Assembly: GCF_037042905.1 (NCBI RefSeq)
Contig: NC_087245.1
Span: 19,966,001-20,030,000 of the forward strand
DNA: 64,000 nucleotides
Origin: Lytechinus pictus
Taxonomy: Eukaryota
Reading direction: 5' to 3'
In this document: piece after piece, positions 14,678-27,620 of the stretch
How positions within the stretch are numbered: position 1 is the stretch's first letter
Layout: the number at the start of each line of letters is the position of its first letter
Translations under genes and position numbers: made by a program
Notes under the pieces: generated by a model
Told to the model about the DNA's origin: nothing
The model's input: the letters and a program-made list of their open reading frames with translations, nothing else
Database searches by the model: none

Positions 14678-15333
14678 AATAATAATAATAATCCTCTCTT
14701 ATATAGTGCTTAATACATCGGAAAGACGTCTCTTAGCGCTTTACAGATATATCATTACTCCAGTCATCGAATCCTGGCATGCCTGCATACAATAATAATA
14801 ATAATGATAAAAAATAATTGGCATTTATATAGCGCCATCTATCTAGAAATATTCTATTCCGAGGCGCGTTGTTATTGTCATTATCATTACCCCAGCTTTA
14901 GCTCGAGCCGCCTTTCAGTGCTCATGCATTCAAGGATTAATCCTGCCAGGTACCCATTCACTTCACCTGGGTTGAGTGCAGCAAAATGTGGATAAATTTC
15001 TTGCTGAAGGAGATTACGCCATGGCTGGGATTCGAACCCACGACCCTCTGTTTCAAAGTCAGAAGACTAATCCACTGGGCCACAACACTCCACATACAAT
15101 GTACACACCTTCTCCACTCCCTGGGGAGTATTCCAACAAGAGTTCCAAGACTCAATTGCTAGGCATACTACATAGGCTTTTGCATCCTATCGGGTACCCA
15201 TTTAACACCTGGGTGGAGAGTGGCAAATTGTGGATTGACGCCTTGCCAAATGAGGCTAGGCCATGGTGGGATTCAAACACATGACCCTCTGATTACAAGG
15301 CGAGAGTCAGAACCGCTACACCATGACACTTCT
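14678..15333 (-). mobile_element. tRNA-derived SINE (outer, different family), split by the inner SINE
   Basis: Minus-strand head AAGTGTCATGGTGTAGCGG...GTTTGAATCCC (A and B boxes), core CTCTCCACCCAGGTGTTAAATGGGTACCC, 3' end AAGCACTATATAAGAGAGG(ATT)n at 14678-14712. Confidence 0.8.
14794..15092 (-). mobile_element. tRNA-derived SINE (inner, younger)
   Basis: Minus-strand head with Pol III A box TGGCCCAGTGG and B box GGTTCGAATCC, central CCCAGGTG..AATGGGTACC core, (ATT)n tail, TSD CATACAAT (14786-14793 / 15093-15100). Confidence 0.85.
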
Positions 15334-17736
15334 ATCTCATGGTGATTGCTACTTTGGAAAAATATCAGGGAAAGTACAATTTCTGAGCTTTTCATTATCT
15401 TGCTTAGGATTGATTATTCTTGAAAGCCCTGTCGTACCCTGCTGGCTAAGGATACCATCTGACAAATGAGAGTGTATGATTATTATAATTTTTTTAATCA
15501 AATCTTCAGCTAAATTTACAGCTGCACCTAGATGTTGACAGGCATTCTTGTCTATTACACAATCATTGCAAAAAAAAAAATGCATCCATCTTACACTGTC
15601 TGACATGCTGTCTTGTTTTTTTATTTTTGAAAGTACCGAATAAAATAGTAATAATAATAAATTGTTTTACGAAGAGGATATTGTTTGAGTGCAGAATGTA
15701 ACAGAGCCTTCGGTGTTTACGTTACTCTCCAATGTGATCTCTAATCACATTGAGCGCCCTTTACATTGTGGCAATGATATTTTCTAGGTCTTTGACCCAC
15801 TCCCGAATAGCAACCTACTTTCCACTAAGGGTTAACTACCTTGAAGTAAGTAAACATATGAGGCTGGCATCTTCAAGTATCCACATCGTAAATTCATGGG
15901 GGGGGGGGGGGGAGAAGAAATCGGACCACCTGAAATTATGTTGCATTCGTTCACGATAATCAGCACATAACAGGAGTCTGGTTTACATCAAAAGAAAACG
16001 CCTAATAATGAATGCAGAAATTCTGCTTAAACAATAAAAAGTTGAGTACGCTAGACTATTTAATGAGAGAGGTAATAGTCCATAGAGAGGCTAAGATGAG
16101 AAGCACTTATTTATCCTAAGTACTCTTACCCATCTCATCCGGTTTAAGCCATTGGGCTTGATATCCACCCAGCAAGTTCATCATCCATTGTTCTTCAAAT
16201 CACATTCATGCCATTCACATGAAGGGCGTGCTCGTTAATATCCAACATGGCTGATAATTCTGTGGTTATGTTGTGTAATTGATATGGACTAGTATAATTC
16301 ATGTTGCATCCATGGACCATGGAGGAAAATTCTGTTAAAATCTGAAAAGCCCCCTCCCCCCCCCACAAAAAAAGTAAACACTACAAATTTGTTGACACTT
16401 TATTGTCACCTCTCATAAATCGCACAGGCATAAATTAAAAAGGGGAGGTTATTTCCAAAATTGGAAAAGAGGGCCCGAGTGCCTTCTCTTGTATGATAAA
16501 AAGAAATTGAAGTTTCTTTCAGGGGTGGGGCCCCCCTTCAATGGAATATATATCAAAGAAAGTCTTCCTTAATTATGTAATCCAACATCTAGAGGACTGA
16601 AAAGCAAATTAATTACCTATTTAATATGCTTCACAATCAACTCTCTTCATTCTTGACCCTCAGCGTCTTGTTAAATCCCCTTTAAGCTGGATGATGAATG
16701 TGTCCTGACATGAGTGATCTTTCAATCAGCCATTTTGTCTCGCTCCATCCATCCCACCGTTTTGTCAAGCATAAAAATCATTGCGATACTGTTTACTTAG
16801 CAGATAACCCCCATTTGCAACCCCCCTTAGACCATTATCTCAAGTTCATCAGGAATGATTCCGCTATTATACAGTGACCTTGACCTACAAAGTAGAGTCA
16901 TGCAGATTAAGAAAAAATGATTGACATAGTAAGACACAATATCTGGATTAAATACTTTTTTTCAGGATAGGTAATCAAATAGCAATGAATATAATACATG
17001 AGTACACTTTATACCATTATTGATAAAGGTGCTTTTTTGTTCAATCAATAGAATGGTTTCATCATGGCCCTAAAACATTTTTTTAATCCGATGAAATTAA
17101 ATTCCATAGAAGCTTGATTTTGATTGGCTTTGAGGAATAATGAGTATTGTAGATTGCATAGTTATTGGTAAATTTTATCCAACAGAGGCATCCATGGACA
17201 ATGGAGGAAAATTATCAAGTGAAAATCATCTACCATGTCAAAGAATTTGAACTTAAAATACAACCAAGCCCCATCTTAATGATAAAAGATAATTCATTTG
17301 AAAAAAAAATTGTGAAGGATCTTAAGTTCAAGAAAAGTTGTGCTGTATTAAAAACAGCATCTATTTAGTTTGATTCTTTCATGTTTAATTATCAAGAATT
17401 GTTTAGAATTGTAGAGAAGTTAATCTATTTTTTTTCACATGTGGTCTATGCAATCATTATTTGCTAATGAGAGTATGGAAGAAAGAGTTGTGCTTGATTG
17501 CAAATCAGAAAATCAAATACCAGTCCACAACGAATGATTGCTATATTGGATAAAGATAAACTTACTTTTTATCCAAGTTATAACTGATTGCAAATCTTTC
17601 ATCAACAAAGATTCCATTCCATTCCAATAAAAATTCCATTTAAAACAAAATATAACAATATAACAAGATTTAATGAAATATTGGAAATAATCAAATACAG
17701 TACAAATGTGACTTTACATGGAGGTAAGAATTCTTA

Positions 17737-17927
17737 TACCCTGTTCCCACTGCTGTACGATCCTTGACAAACGCCACAATTTGCTTTTCGCAACTTATGG
17801 CAAAATTTTTGAACCATTCAAAAATTTTCTATGACCAATTCAACAGCCATGACTGATCTGATACGATCACTACGATTACTCCATGATTAAGACTAACGTT
17901 TCAAGTTGTGACAGTGGGAACCAGGTA
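17737..17927. mobile_element. Small PIF/Harbinger-like MITE, TSD TTA
   Basis: TTA|TACCCTGTTCCCACTG ... CAGTGGGAACCAGGTA|TTA (14/16 TIR match), central palindrome AAAATTTTTGAA-CCA-TTCAAAAATTTT. Confidence 0.75.
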
Positions 17928-19839
17928 TTATCTGTTTTCGCTAGAAACCTTCATGATTGTGTTATCATCAGAGATGCACCCTGTCATTCTCATGTCAAAG
18001 AATACCTCAAGGTCTTCTTCCATCGGAAAAAAAAGATATGCCTAACCATGACCTGGGTCAAATCAAAGCCAAATCTGTCCCGAAATCCATATCCAAGTTC
18101 AAAGAGAGTCTGATTTTCTCAAGACGGATGAAATTTCAAGTTCATCTAGTAGTGCAGGGCAGTATATATGTAACAAGGATCTCCATTTAAAAAAAATCTT
18201 TTTAAAATAACTTTTGAAAGTATAAACGATCAGGATGAACCTGTAACAGTAGCAGTTTGTATTGTAAAGTCAGAGGGTTTGAATCTCCAGAGGTAATCTA
18301 GATTTAAGTTTCTAAGTCCAGAGACTCCAGACTAGCCAGGAACTTAAGTTTACACTTCAAAGGTTTTTTTTTAAATTAGCTTATGTGTACATTCTTCAAT
18401 CACAAGAAGTGTCACCTCCAACATAAATGGATGTTTTAAGTTTCATTATGCGTGCTGTTCTTCTTCTTTTTTATTATCAGTTTATCAACAGTTTCATCAG
18501 ATTGTGCATATATCACATTTAAACTATAATAGCCACCACTCCCACCCTTTAGAGCCTGTGTACTACTACACAGCGTATCGTGTACAATACTTTCATTAAC
18601 AAAAGGTGTAAAACAACAACAGCTCAACTGAAAATAGACAGCTCTCCTTGACGTATCAGCTACAGATAGCCTTCTTCTCCAGGGGTGACATCAGATAAGA
18701 CTTTTAATTTCAAACCTACATGTTTGAGAAACAAGCCTCAAACTATATTCCTGACCCAGGTCATCAGCAGATCTCTCTGCTCTGGGCTATACAGATCTAT
18801 TGCCCTTCTACATTTAGATAACAAGTTCTAGAGGTAAAGGAATCATTCTATGCAATCGTACTGTGCAAGAGGATGTCTTAGACTGACTTTGACCTACTTA
18901 GTACAATTCATGTGTTGGAGCCCTGTAATAATATAATTGGTATTAACAAATGATTGTAGCTTCTTCTTTTTTTTACATATGGTTAACTACAGACTCATAA
19001 TTGATTTTGTGATTTTTTTAATTCCAATGCCTGATTAACTTAGCCTGAACTATTCTAAATGAATTCATCCATGTCTCTACTAATTTCTTTGAAGAATTTG
19101 TCAACAAGGATATTCACCATGAACTTGCCAAATACAGTTCCTACGACTTAAATGTTGACTTTATGTTACAGGAATCAGTTGACAAAAAACAACAATAACA
19201 ACTTCAACCAATGGATTATCCATAAATTACTCCATATCTATGGTAGATAACAGAATTTACTATCAAATTACAATTCAAATACTCATACATTTATTAATCA
19301 ATGACATACATTATATGCACAGTCAATTTAAATCAACTTCTAGTACAATATCCATTGGGTCACCTAAACATAGTTACATGTTGAATGACTTGGAACTAAG
19401 TGATTACCAGGAGGCAAGACTAAGTATTTATTCACAAATTAGCTGTTTCGGTACCACATAAAATTTTGCTAAAAACAAACTTCAACAAATGTGTTTGAAA
19501 GTTATGATCCAACATTTAAACATGTATTTAATCCTTTTCTAGCTGAAAAAACAGCAAAATATCCTAACTGTCCCTATACCGAACAACATGCAGCTTAAAA
19601 TTCTGAGAGATCCAAAATTTACATAATCACATTTAGCTCCACACAGAATGCAACTTATTTATTGGCACGGTAATGGATTGAATTTGGCATAGTTGCTTTT
19701 TATATCATGTTCACTTCATCTCAACATTACTTGCATTAGTTCTGTTCAGAACATTTGACAAACTTCATTTTCATCATTAATTACTCTTTAAAAACCTGAT
19801 GTATATTACTTCTTTGAGAGTAAATTTACACATTTCTTA

Positions 19840-20785
19840 CACTAGTTCTGCACTAAACCCAACAGTGTTAATTCCACATCTACTAAAGATCAGGGACGGT
19901 ATTTAATTGAAAGTATTGATTTTGTAAGCATTTTAAATAGCATTTTATTTGGCTACGCAAAATGCTAAAACTCGTATTCCAATCATATCTAAGTATTTTA
20001 ATTTATCAAGCCAAATTAAAGCAAAATACTTACTAACAACCATTGTGACGTCATAAAGTTTGAGCCATATAAATATCCATCTGTTCGCAGAATGTATGAC
20101 TGCACGAGTGATGTTTGTAAACTGCTGGCAAGCCAGACTTAAGTCTGGTATTAGGCTGACTTAGATTTAAACAATATACTTAGCCAAAAATTTAGCCAAA
20201 AGTATTTCATGTAAGTATTTTACTTCAGCAAAATACTATGTAAAAATTCTTAAATTTACAAATTGAATACCAGCTCAGAGCTCCCGACCTAACAACCCCA
20301 AGAACAAAAATAAGGGTATTGTCTTTGTATTCCTCTTTACACTATTATGGTGTACTTGACAATGGATCTACATGTGCTTAAACTAGTTCTATCCTAAACC
20401 CCTTCAGTGTGAATTCCACATCTACCAAAAATTTAAAGCAAACACCACCAAGAACAAAACACTGAGCACAATTTGGACCCACCTTCATAATGATGGAGTA
20501 TTTTACAATGCATATACACCAGTCTTCTTTTTTTGGTTCTCCAACAAACTCTTTCAGTGTTAATTCCACATCTACCAAAGATCAAACCCATAAACCCAAC
20601 AACACCTAGAACAAAACACTAAACACTGTATTGAATCTACTTTTCCTTCATGTTGTACTTGACAATACATTTTCACAGACCTTACACCAGCTCAAGACTA
20701 CACCAAACCCATTTAGCGTTAACTCCATATCTACCTAAGATCAATACCGAACACATCAAAAAAATACTGAACACTTGAATTTGAT
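19840..20785. repeat. Degenerate tandem array, four units of ~150-160 bp
   Basis: Marker GTGT.AATTCCACATCTAC.AAAGATC near 19865, 20407, 20557 and a variant near 20717, each followed by ...AAGAACAAAA-like text. Confidence 0.7.
19894..20275. mobile_element. MITE with CAG TSD, inserted in a tandem repeat unit
   Basis: CAG|GGACGGTATTTAATT ... AATTGAATACCAGCT|CAG. Removing it restores a unit (...TCTACTAAAGATCAG-AGCTCCCGACCTAACAACCCCAAGAACAAAA) matching the neighbouring units. Confidence 0.65.
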
Positions 20786-21437
20786 CTATCGATGACGTGG
20801 AGTGATGCAAAATCTTATGAATTATCCAAGGCTTTTAAATGTCACCCAAAATTGAATGATTTACAACAAAAACAACTCAAACATGTATGATAAAACACCT
20901 AAATGCAATACCATGACACAAGAAGATATTGAGGAGTACACTTTGAATGACTATAAATAACATACTACAGCTTTAATCCCATCACAAATAAATTTGCTTG
21001 CTTTGAGAGGACATATCTGGAAGAGTGTATTCACCCTCCATAATGACCAATTGCCCTTCCTTGGTACTTCTGAGTGATGTTGGAATCTCCCTAGTAATAA
21101 AGTACACATGTTCTGTTTATGTTAAGATGGGTGTTGTAGCCGATAACCTTAAAACATCTTGCAAGGAGTAATATAATGGGTTAGGCTCTCAATTATGGAG
21201 AGATTGATTAAAGCAACTGGTAAAGAGGGTCACATTCCTAACTTTCAAATAGGTTATCTTCGGAAAAAGAATGAAGTAATGGAAACATAAGCAATGCTAA
21301 TGAAAACATGGTAAAACCTTAATAAAATGCAGAAAATTATGTTGGAAAACTTGAAGCATGACACCAGTATACTTGCCTTTCCAGAACAATAGAAGAATGA
21401 TAAAGTATTAACAATATCACTTTTTTTTCTTAACTTA

Positions 21438-21817
21438 TACCCCTTTCATAAACCCAATTATGCGGCTAATAGCAGCATAATTTGGTCGTAAAATCGGAGG
21501 AGGACCAGAGTTATCCGCATTATTTTGATGCTGCAATTATCCGCATAATAACAGCATCGGGACAAGATTTTGAGTTTATGAACGTATTTCCAAATAATGC
21601 GGATAATTGCCATGGTGTGGTCACAAGGTCACCCTTTTCCAACACAACCGCATCGGAGGGGGCGTGTCCAGTTGTCATGACGAATATCCTCCTTTTTCAG
21701 GACGGGCGCTCGTAAAAATAATGCAGATAATTTTCGGAGTTTGTGAACGCAATTCTTATTGAATTATCCGCATTACTATTAGGCGGCTAATTGGAGGATA
21801 GGTTTATAAAAGGGGTA
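21438..21817. mobile_element. PIF/Harbinger-like MITE
   Basis: TACCCCTTTCATAAACC ... GGTTTATAAAAGGGGTA, flanks TTA/ATA, repeated internal TTATCCGCAT/ATGCGGATAA motifs. Confidence 0.8.
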
Positions 21818-22204
21818 ATAAACTACATGAGCAGATAAAGTAACCTTCATTCAGAACTCTACATAAAAACAAAACAAATTAGAAGAACTTCCTTCTTGGT
21901 TTAAACAGCTCACCTTTCAGATTCAACCTTTAAGAGTTATCTCCATAAATTATAAAGACGGACAAGATGGGACAGTCCTTTAGAGAGAGAGGGGGATAAG
22001 TGTGGGAATAAATTTCTCCCATAAAGACTTGACTGGATGACAGTAAATGTGTCAATAAAGAGAAGAGTGTCTGGAAGGGAAAATTGATGGGTTTTTAGGA
22101 GGATGGGGAAGAAAGGTAGCCAGCAGTACCCTGGATGATACGTTACCTTCTGGAGTAGTCTTGGGTTTCTGAGACCATGAACATCTTTGGAAAGGACATC
22201 ATCT

Positions 22205-22475
22205 TGAAGATGATGATGGATAATGAATGTACAATTGTGGAGTTGGTGGTGGTGGTGGTGATAAGGACCATGAGGATGGTAGAAACGATGGTAAAGACGG
22301 TGGTGATAATCATAATGATGATGATTATCATGGTAGCTGTGATAACCTTAAAAGATGGCGGTAATGGTGATAAAGATGATGATCATCATCATAATTATGG
22401 TAGTGATAGTGAGCACGGTGAAGGTGGTGGTGATAACCATAAAGATTGTGGTAAAAATGGTGGTGAAGATATTAT
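22205..22475. repeat. Degenerate (GAT/GGT)n low-complexity tract
   Basis: Triplet-periodic GAT/GGT/AAT sequence. Confidence 0.85.
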
Positions 22476-23442
22476 CTTACACCTTTTCAGATCCATAGAA
22501 CAAACCAACCGTAGAAACTATAAGTCCATTACAATAGGTGCAGGGTCAGGTCATTATGTAGTTTAAGTTAACTATGACTTAATATATAAAAGACTGGCAT
22601 TTGAAGAACAGATATTTCAGCCTAAAGTTTATTTAGAGCAAATGAGGTTAAAAAAGAATTTTTTTGGCTGCCCATATTTCAGTCATTTGTAGTAAATTTG
22701 TGAATTTCTTTAAGCACAGCCCCGCAAAAAAACCTATATGACTGGCAGAGACAAAATAGTTTTGCATACGATGACAGGTTGCCAATATTTATATCTACTC
22801 CTGTCATTAAACAAATAATAATCACAAAACAAAATTGGCAGTGAATCTGAGAGTCAGCAACAATATCACAGCACCACTGATGGCCAAATTGGCACTAATG
22901 ACGGACAAGATGGTGGATATATTGATTATATGTCATTAATGGGTACTCAATCAGGTCTGGCTACCACCCTGATGCTATCAGTTTATACTGTCAATAAACG
23001 GTGGTAAGAGTAAGACTAGGAGGAGGATGAGTTGGTAGGAGTAATTGTCAATCATCTTTTATTCTATGAGAGGGGAGCAGCCATGAAAAATGTTGGTGTT
23101 GACATAGAAGGTGATCACTAAAGATGAATTGGGCAATTTCTTGTCATCAGAATCTTTCCCTCTCTCTCTTTCTGTATCTTCTTTATCTGTCTCTCTTACA
23201 CATGATCACTACGCAGTGTACCTAACCGTTGACTACTTGATTCTGTAATATACCACCATTATGGTCAATGTTACATTCATTTTATTGTCAAATATATCTT
23301 AAAAGTCAATTAGAGTTCAATGTCATCATGAAATAAAAGCCCTTTAAATTGATTCAATCTTGATTTTGATTTGAATTTGGGTTTGCAAGAACTATGCAAT
23401 TTACATATTTTTCATATGGATGACAATTTTGTAACCACTTAA

Positions 23443-24388
23443 GGACGTTCCACAGTTAAAGTGAAATCCATGTCATTTTCACCAAACTTTGCACATAGAT
23501 ACCATTGAAGCTGAATATTCGAAATATTCAAAAATTAACATAGGTCCATGTGCTTGATTTTTTGCTATCGAGCTTCAAAGTTCACCCAAATGGATGTTCT
23601 TAAGAATTGCGCATTCAAAAGAATTTGGCATTTTTAGACCTCGCAAGATCACTACAATGAGTTTAAACCTCTATTACTCAGTCAGAGTACATGAAAAAGT
23701 CATCAAATTTCGCAAGAGAGTGAATTATTGTATCGTTAGAATGGAGAATCTATTTATAGTGCTATTTGTTTGCATTTTTAAGTCTAACAGCACTATCAGT
23801 TCTTAAAAATGACGTAAAAGATAACAAAAACCCAATGTGAAAAAATGTGAAATTTCAATAACAAACTACAAAAGTACAATAAATGCTGCACTTTATTCAA
23901 AATCCATGTCATTTTCACCAAAATTTGCAAAGTTGTAGAGGAAGGTATACCTAAGAGGTGCAACTATTAAAAATTAGGGGTTCATGTGCTTGTTTTCAAA
24001 CTATCAGCATTTTTATTAGAGCAAATGTGCTTTTTGAAACACCAAAAATGCGCAAAATGCGCAAAATGCTTTGTATCTATGTGAAGAAAAAATCAAAACC
24101 ACTCTACCATTTATTCAAACTCAGGGTCATATTCGTGATTCTTGGCAGCACTGCAGAGTAAAGTATTTTGAAATTGTAGAGATATTTTTAAAAATGGTCC
24201 ATGGAATAATTCAATTTTTTTAGCTTCATGAAATAACGCATCGGATCTGCAGTTAGAGTGCAGATGATGAGAAAAATCAGCTCATACCCTTAGCTAATTA
24301 ATCACCTGTTCATCCATTGTGACGTCAGCGCACAGAGTGTAAAATATGCGCAGATCATAATGCGCACAAACATAACTGTGGAACGTCC
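23443..24388. mobile_element. TTAA-TSD non-autonomous DNA transposon (Kolobok-like)
   Basis: TTAA|GGACGTTCCACAGTTA ... TAACTGTGGAACGTCC|TTAA, a perfect 16-bp TIR with RR..YY termini. Internal direct repeat AAATCCATGTCATTTTCACCAAA at 23464 and 23900. Confidence 0.88.
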
Positions 24389-25506
24389 TTAAAAGATATG
24401 TAAACTTCTCAAATTCAAGGATATAAATTCTGTGGCTTTTCATTGCCATCATAGTCTACATATTTGAAATGCAACCTCATTTAAATCCGTGGTTAGAAAA
24501 GAAAAAAGGAAAAATTGTAAATTGGCAATAAAAATTGTAAAATTGGCCATTTGACTGATCAGTCAAGCTTGAATAGAAACGGTCAGAGCCCCCTCTCCGT
24601 AACCTTGATCTAAAATCCAGATATATCAACAGTCTTGACTGTGACCTTTGAACCCGGAGGAAAATGAGTCACGGCTCGCCCAAACAATGGCGACTTGAAA
24701 ATTCTCCAAGAGTATGTGTGATAATCGCTGGACAAACACTCTCGCAGAAATGGGTGAATTGAGGAAGAAACAGTATCGTGTGAAAGGCGTGCAGGGCCAC
24801 TACCGCGGTCATTGTATGGAGGTGAATAGGTTTGAGTACAGTTACAGATAGTACAAAGAGAGAAATCATTCCAGAGATTACCAGATTTATCAACATTACA
24901 AGGAGTTGAATAAAACAAAAATATACATATGAAACATATCATCATGTTAAACAAAAAGAGATTTATCGATTGAATTTTTAAAGGGAGCAAAAATTACATT
25001 CACAAATCCAAACTATAGAAAACATGGAACATGTATTAGTTGGTGAGAGACTGAGAATTCAATTAAGCCACGGCTTGCATGTACATGGCTTATGACTTTT
25101 CTTACCATTCACTAATGATATTATGTGCAAAAAAAAGTAATGCCCATTAGAAAGTGTTTTAAAATAGGGACAATGGAAAGAGAACTTACCAAAAGGATAG
25201 ATATGTGCATCAAGTTGTAGGTTGTTGTATGGAAGACCAGCAGGGCAACGAATCCAATAAGAATGTAAAAGAGAGAAGAGAAACAGAATTGTTCTTGTTA
25301 ATATTAGTTATCACACATAAAAAGTTATAAAAGACTGTTTAAACAAACGATAAAGGAATAAATGACATTCTGGAAGACTGTTTCATATTTTATTGTATAT
25401 ATTTTTTTCATTATCCATGTTTCTACAACATATTTGTTCTGAAGTTGTTTAAATAAATGCACTTTATTCACAACATTTCATGCAAAATAGATAGCTATAA
25501 TAAAGT

Positions 25507-25800
25507 GCTTGTGTCATCACATCCGATGTGAGAAAAGAAATTCGACCATTGGAGAAAAGGGCCCCGTAAATTCCTGAAAGGTAGGGTCCAGTTTACCTGA
25601 CCATTCCAAAAAAGACCCCCCCTAAATCCCTGAAAGGTCGAATCCAATTTATCTGATGCTTTTCTGAGAATTATAGCAACAATTCTTGAATGGTCTGGTA
25701 AACTAGACCGACGTTTCAGGAACTTAGGGGGCCCTTTCCTCAAATGGTCAGGTTATGCAATTGTCGGACCAACGCGATAACCAGATGTAATGGTACAAGC
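25507..25800. mobile_element. Palindromic MITE-like element
   Basis: GACCATTGGAGAAAAGGGCCCCGTAAATTCCTGAAA...AGTTTACCTGACCATTC is inverted with GAATGGTCTGGTAAACT...TTTCAGGAACTTAGGGGGCCCTTTCCTCAAATGGTC. Outer GCTTGTGTCATCACATC / GATGTAATGGTACAAGC. Confidence 0.7.
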
Positions 25801-27149
25801 CATTGTAAAGTAACATTTGAAAACCCAATAACCACAAAGATAAGCAAAATGCTACATGCCCCAAAATTTCTGCTTTGGAAATTAGATGATTGAAAAAAAA
25901 ATACACCTCTGTTTTAGAAATATTTTGTCACAATTAGACAAATCATATTCCAGTGGATTTGCATATATTGGCAATCTTTATTATTTACATCTTGAAAATA
26001 ACATCACTCATTTCAAAACCTTCATATCTCTATTTTAATAATCCATCTCTATATCTCTATATCCATTCAAACGTTTTCATATCCAATTTATATCCAATAA
26101 ATTATTTGATGAAGCTTCCACAAAGTACCCCCAAACCCTTCAAGTTAATCCCAATAATATTGTAATATGTTTCTCAATGGACTACTTTCACGTTCATCAA
26201 GGGGACTAGGATGGAAGCGTTTATGAGACCCTGTACTTCTAAGAGTCAAGGTCGAGGTCTACAAAGCAACATTTAAAATAGTGAATCAATTTGATGCATT
26301 ATTAAAGGCCTTTTGTTCCCAACCCCTGCCATCCCCAGTCATCCATTGCAACAAGCAATTAAACATCACCGCCCAATTTGCCATGGGGATAAAAGCCTGG
26401 AGGATTGTTATTGTAGCAGTTATTCATTGACATTCATGAAATATTGTGTATTTCTATTGTGTAATTTCTATGAGCTATTTCATCTAGTTTCAATCAGCTG
26501 CGTAACGATTCATGACCTATACCAAGAAATCCTGACAATCCTGCATGCTCTTGAAATGATAATTAAAACTAAAGGGAAAAAAAAAGAAATTTGTAGCTCA
26601 TTTTATATTTCTTTGATCGTTAAAAAAGAATAATAAAAACTTGAACTGATAGTAGTAATCATCCAAAGGTATGCAGCAAACATAATAAATTGTAGCATAC
26701 ATCCTCTAAAGAATTTAGTCTTTTTAATCCTTTTTTATCACCTTAATTAAATTTCATCTTTAAAAGTTAGTTACGGCTGCATTCAATGGACTCTTCTTTA
26801 CCCTACATACACAATATCAGTTCAAACCATGGCTTTACAAATATTTCAAATCGATCTTGAAAATAAAAATCTTTTGAAACACAAATATACAAATATAAAT
26901 GTGGGAAAGTGTGGCTTGAATCAGCTTAGATGAAAAGAAGTTGCTTGAACGCTGGCCCACAGTAATTTTTCGTCTTTTTTCGGGGGGGGGGTATTTTGTA
27001 TTTTGATTTGTATCTGTAATCAAAGTTTAGAAAAATTAAATGAATGCATCCATAAAATAAACACAACACATATGAGTTCTTATTAACTGTCTTGCACTTA
27101 GCACTTAATGTGCCAATGTTGCCAATTCCGTTTTCTATGGTATGTTATG

Positions 27150-27620
27150 TGTTAATGGATCAATATTCCTTTCTACCATCTCTCCCTACAAACGAAAAGT
27201 GATACTATTTATCTTTAGCAAGCCTCTGCAAACTATATATTTTCCACACCTCTGTTTGTTTGGTCCTTCAAATATTTTTTTTTCAGTAAAATTACTTGAA
27301 GAAACAGTTTGCTTAGATAGAACATCCTCATTCGTCCATTTAACACTCAACAGCTTCACGCTCTTGTTTGCATCTCACCACACGTTTCAATGTCAAAGCC
27401 TTCTTTTTGTTTGCCAATATATTCAACAATCATGTCAATGATATTCTTTGTCATAACTCTCACACCTTTCCAAACCCCGAATTGATAGTGGCATGTCATT
27501 GTGTAATGTATATTGACCCTTGTTTTTATGTACATTACATAAATGCATTTCCATCATTTTCTTCCATCTTCATCAAAGCTTTCTTCTTTCTACATGTGCC
27601 TATCTCCAATCCATGAATCT
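27150..27620 (-). pseudogene. Highly decayed RTE-clade LINE ORF2 C-terminal remnant
   Basis: Minus-strand peptides in RTE order: KKKALMKM (cf. A..AF..L), a GCESWT-like codon string near 27455-27470, and KLLSVKWTNEDVLSK (cf. RRIL.I.W.D..TNEEVL). Many stops and frameshifts. Confidence 0.35.

Noticed and set aside
15020..15092. tRNA gene on the minus strand (also 15260-15333)
   Set aside because: A and B boxes are present, but the sequence continues into a SINE body and tail with a TSD, and there is no proper acceptor stem. These are SINE heads.
22177..22566. 129-aa ORF with M/V/D/G/H runs, and poly-S/H ORFs at 2670-3120
   Set aside because: Translation of trinucleotide microsatellites.
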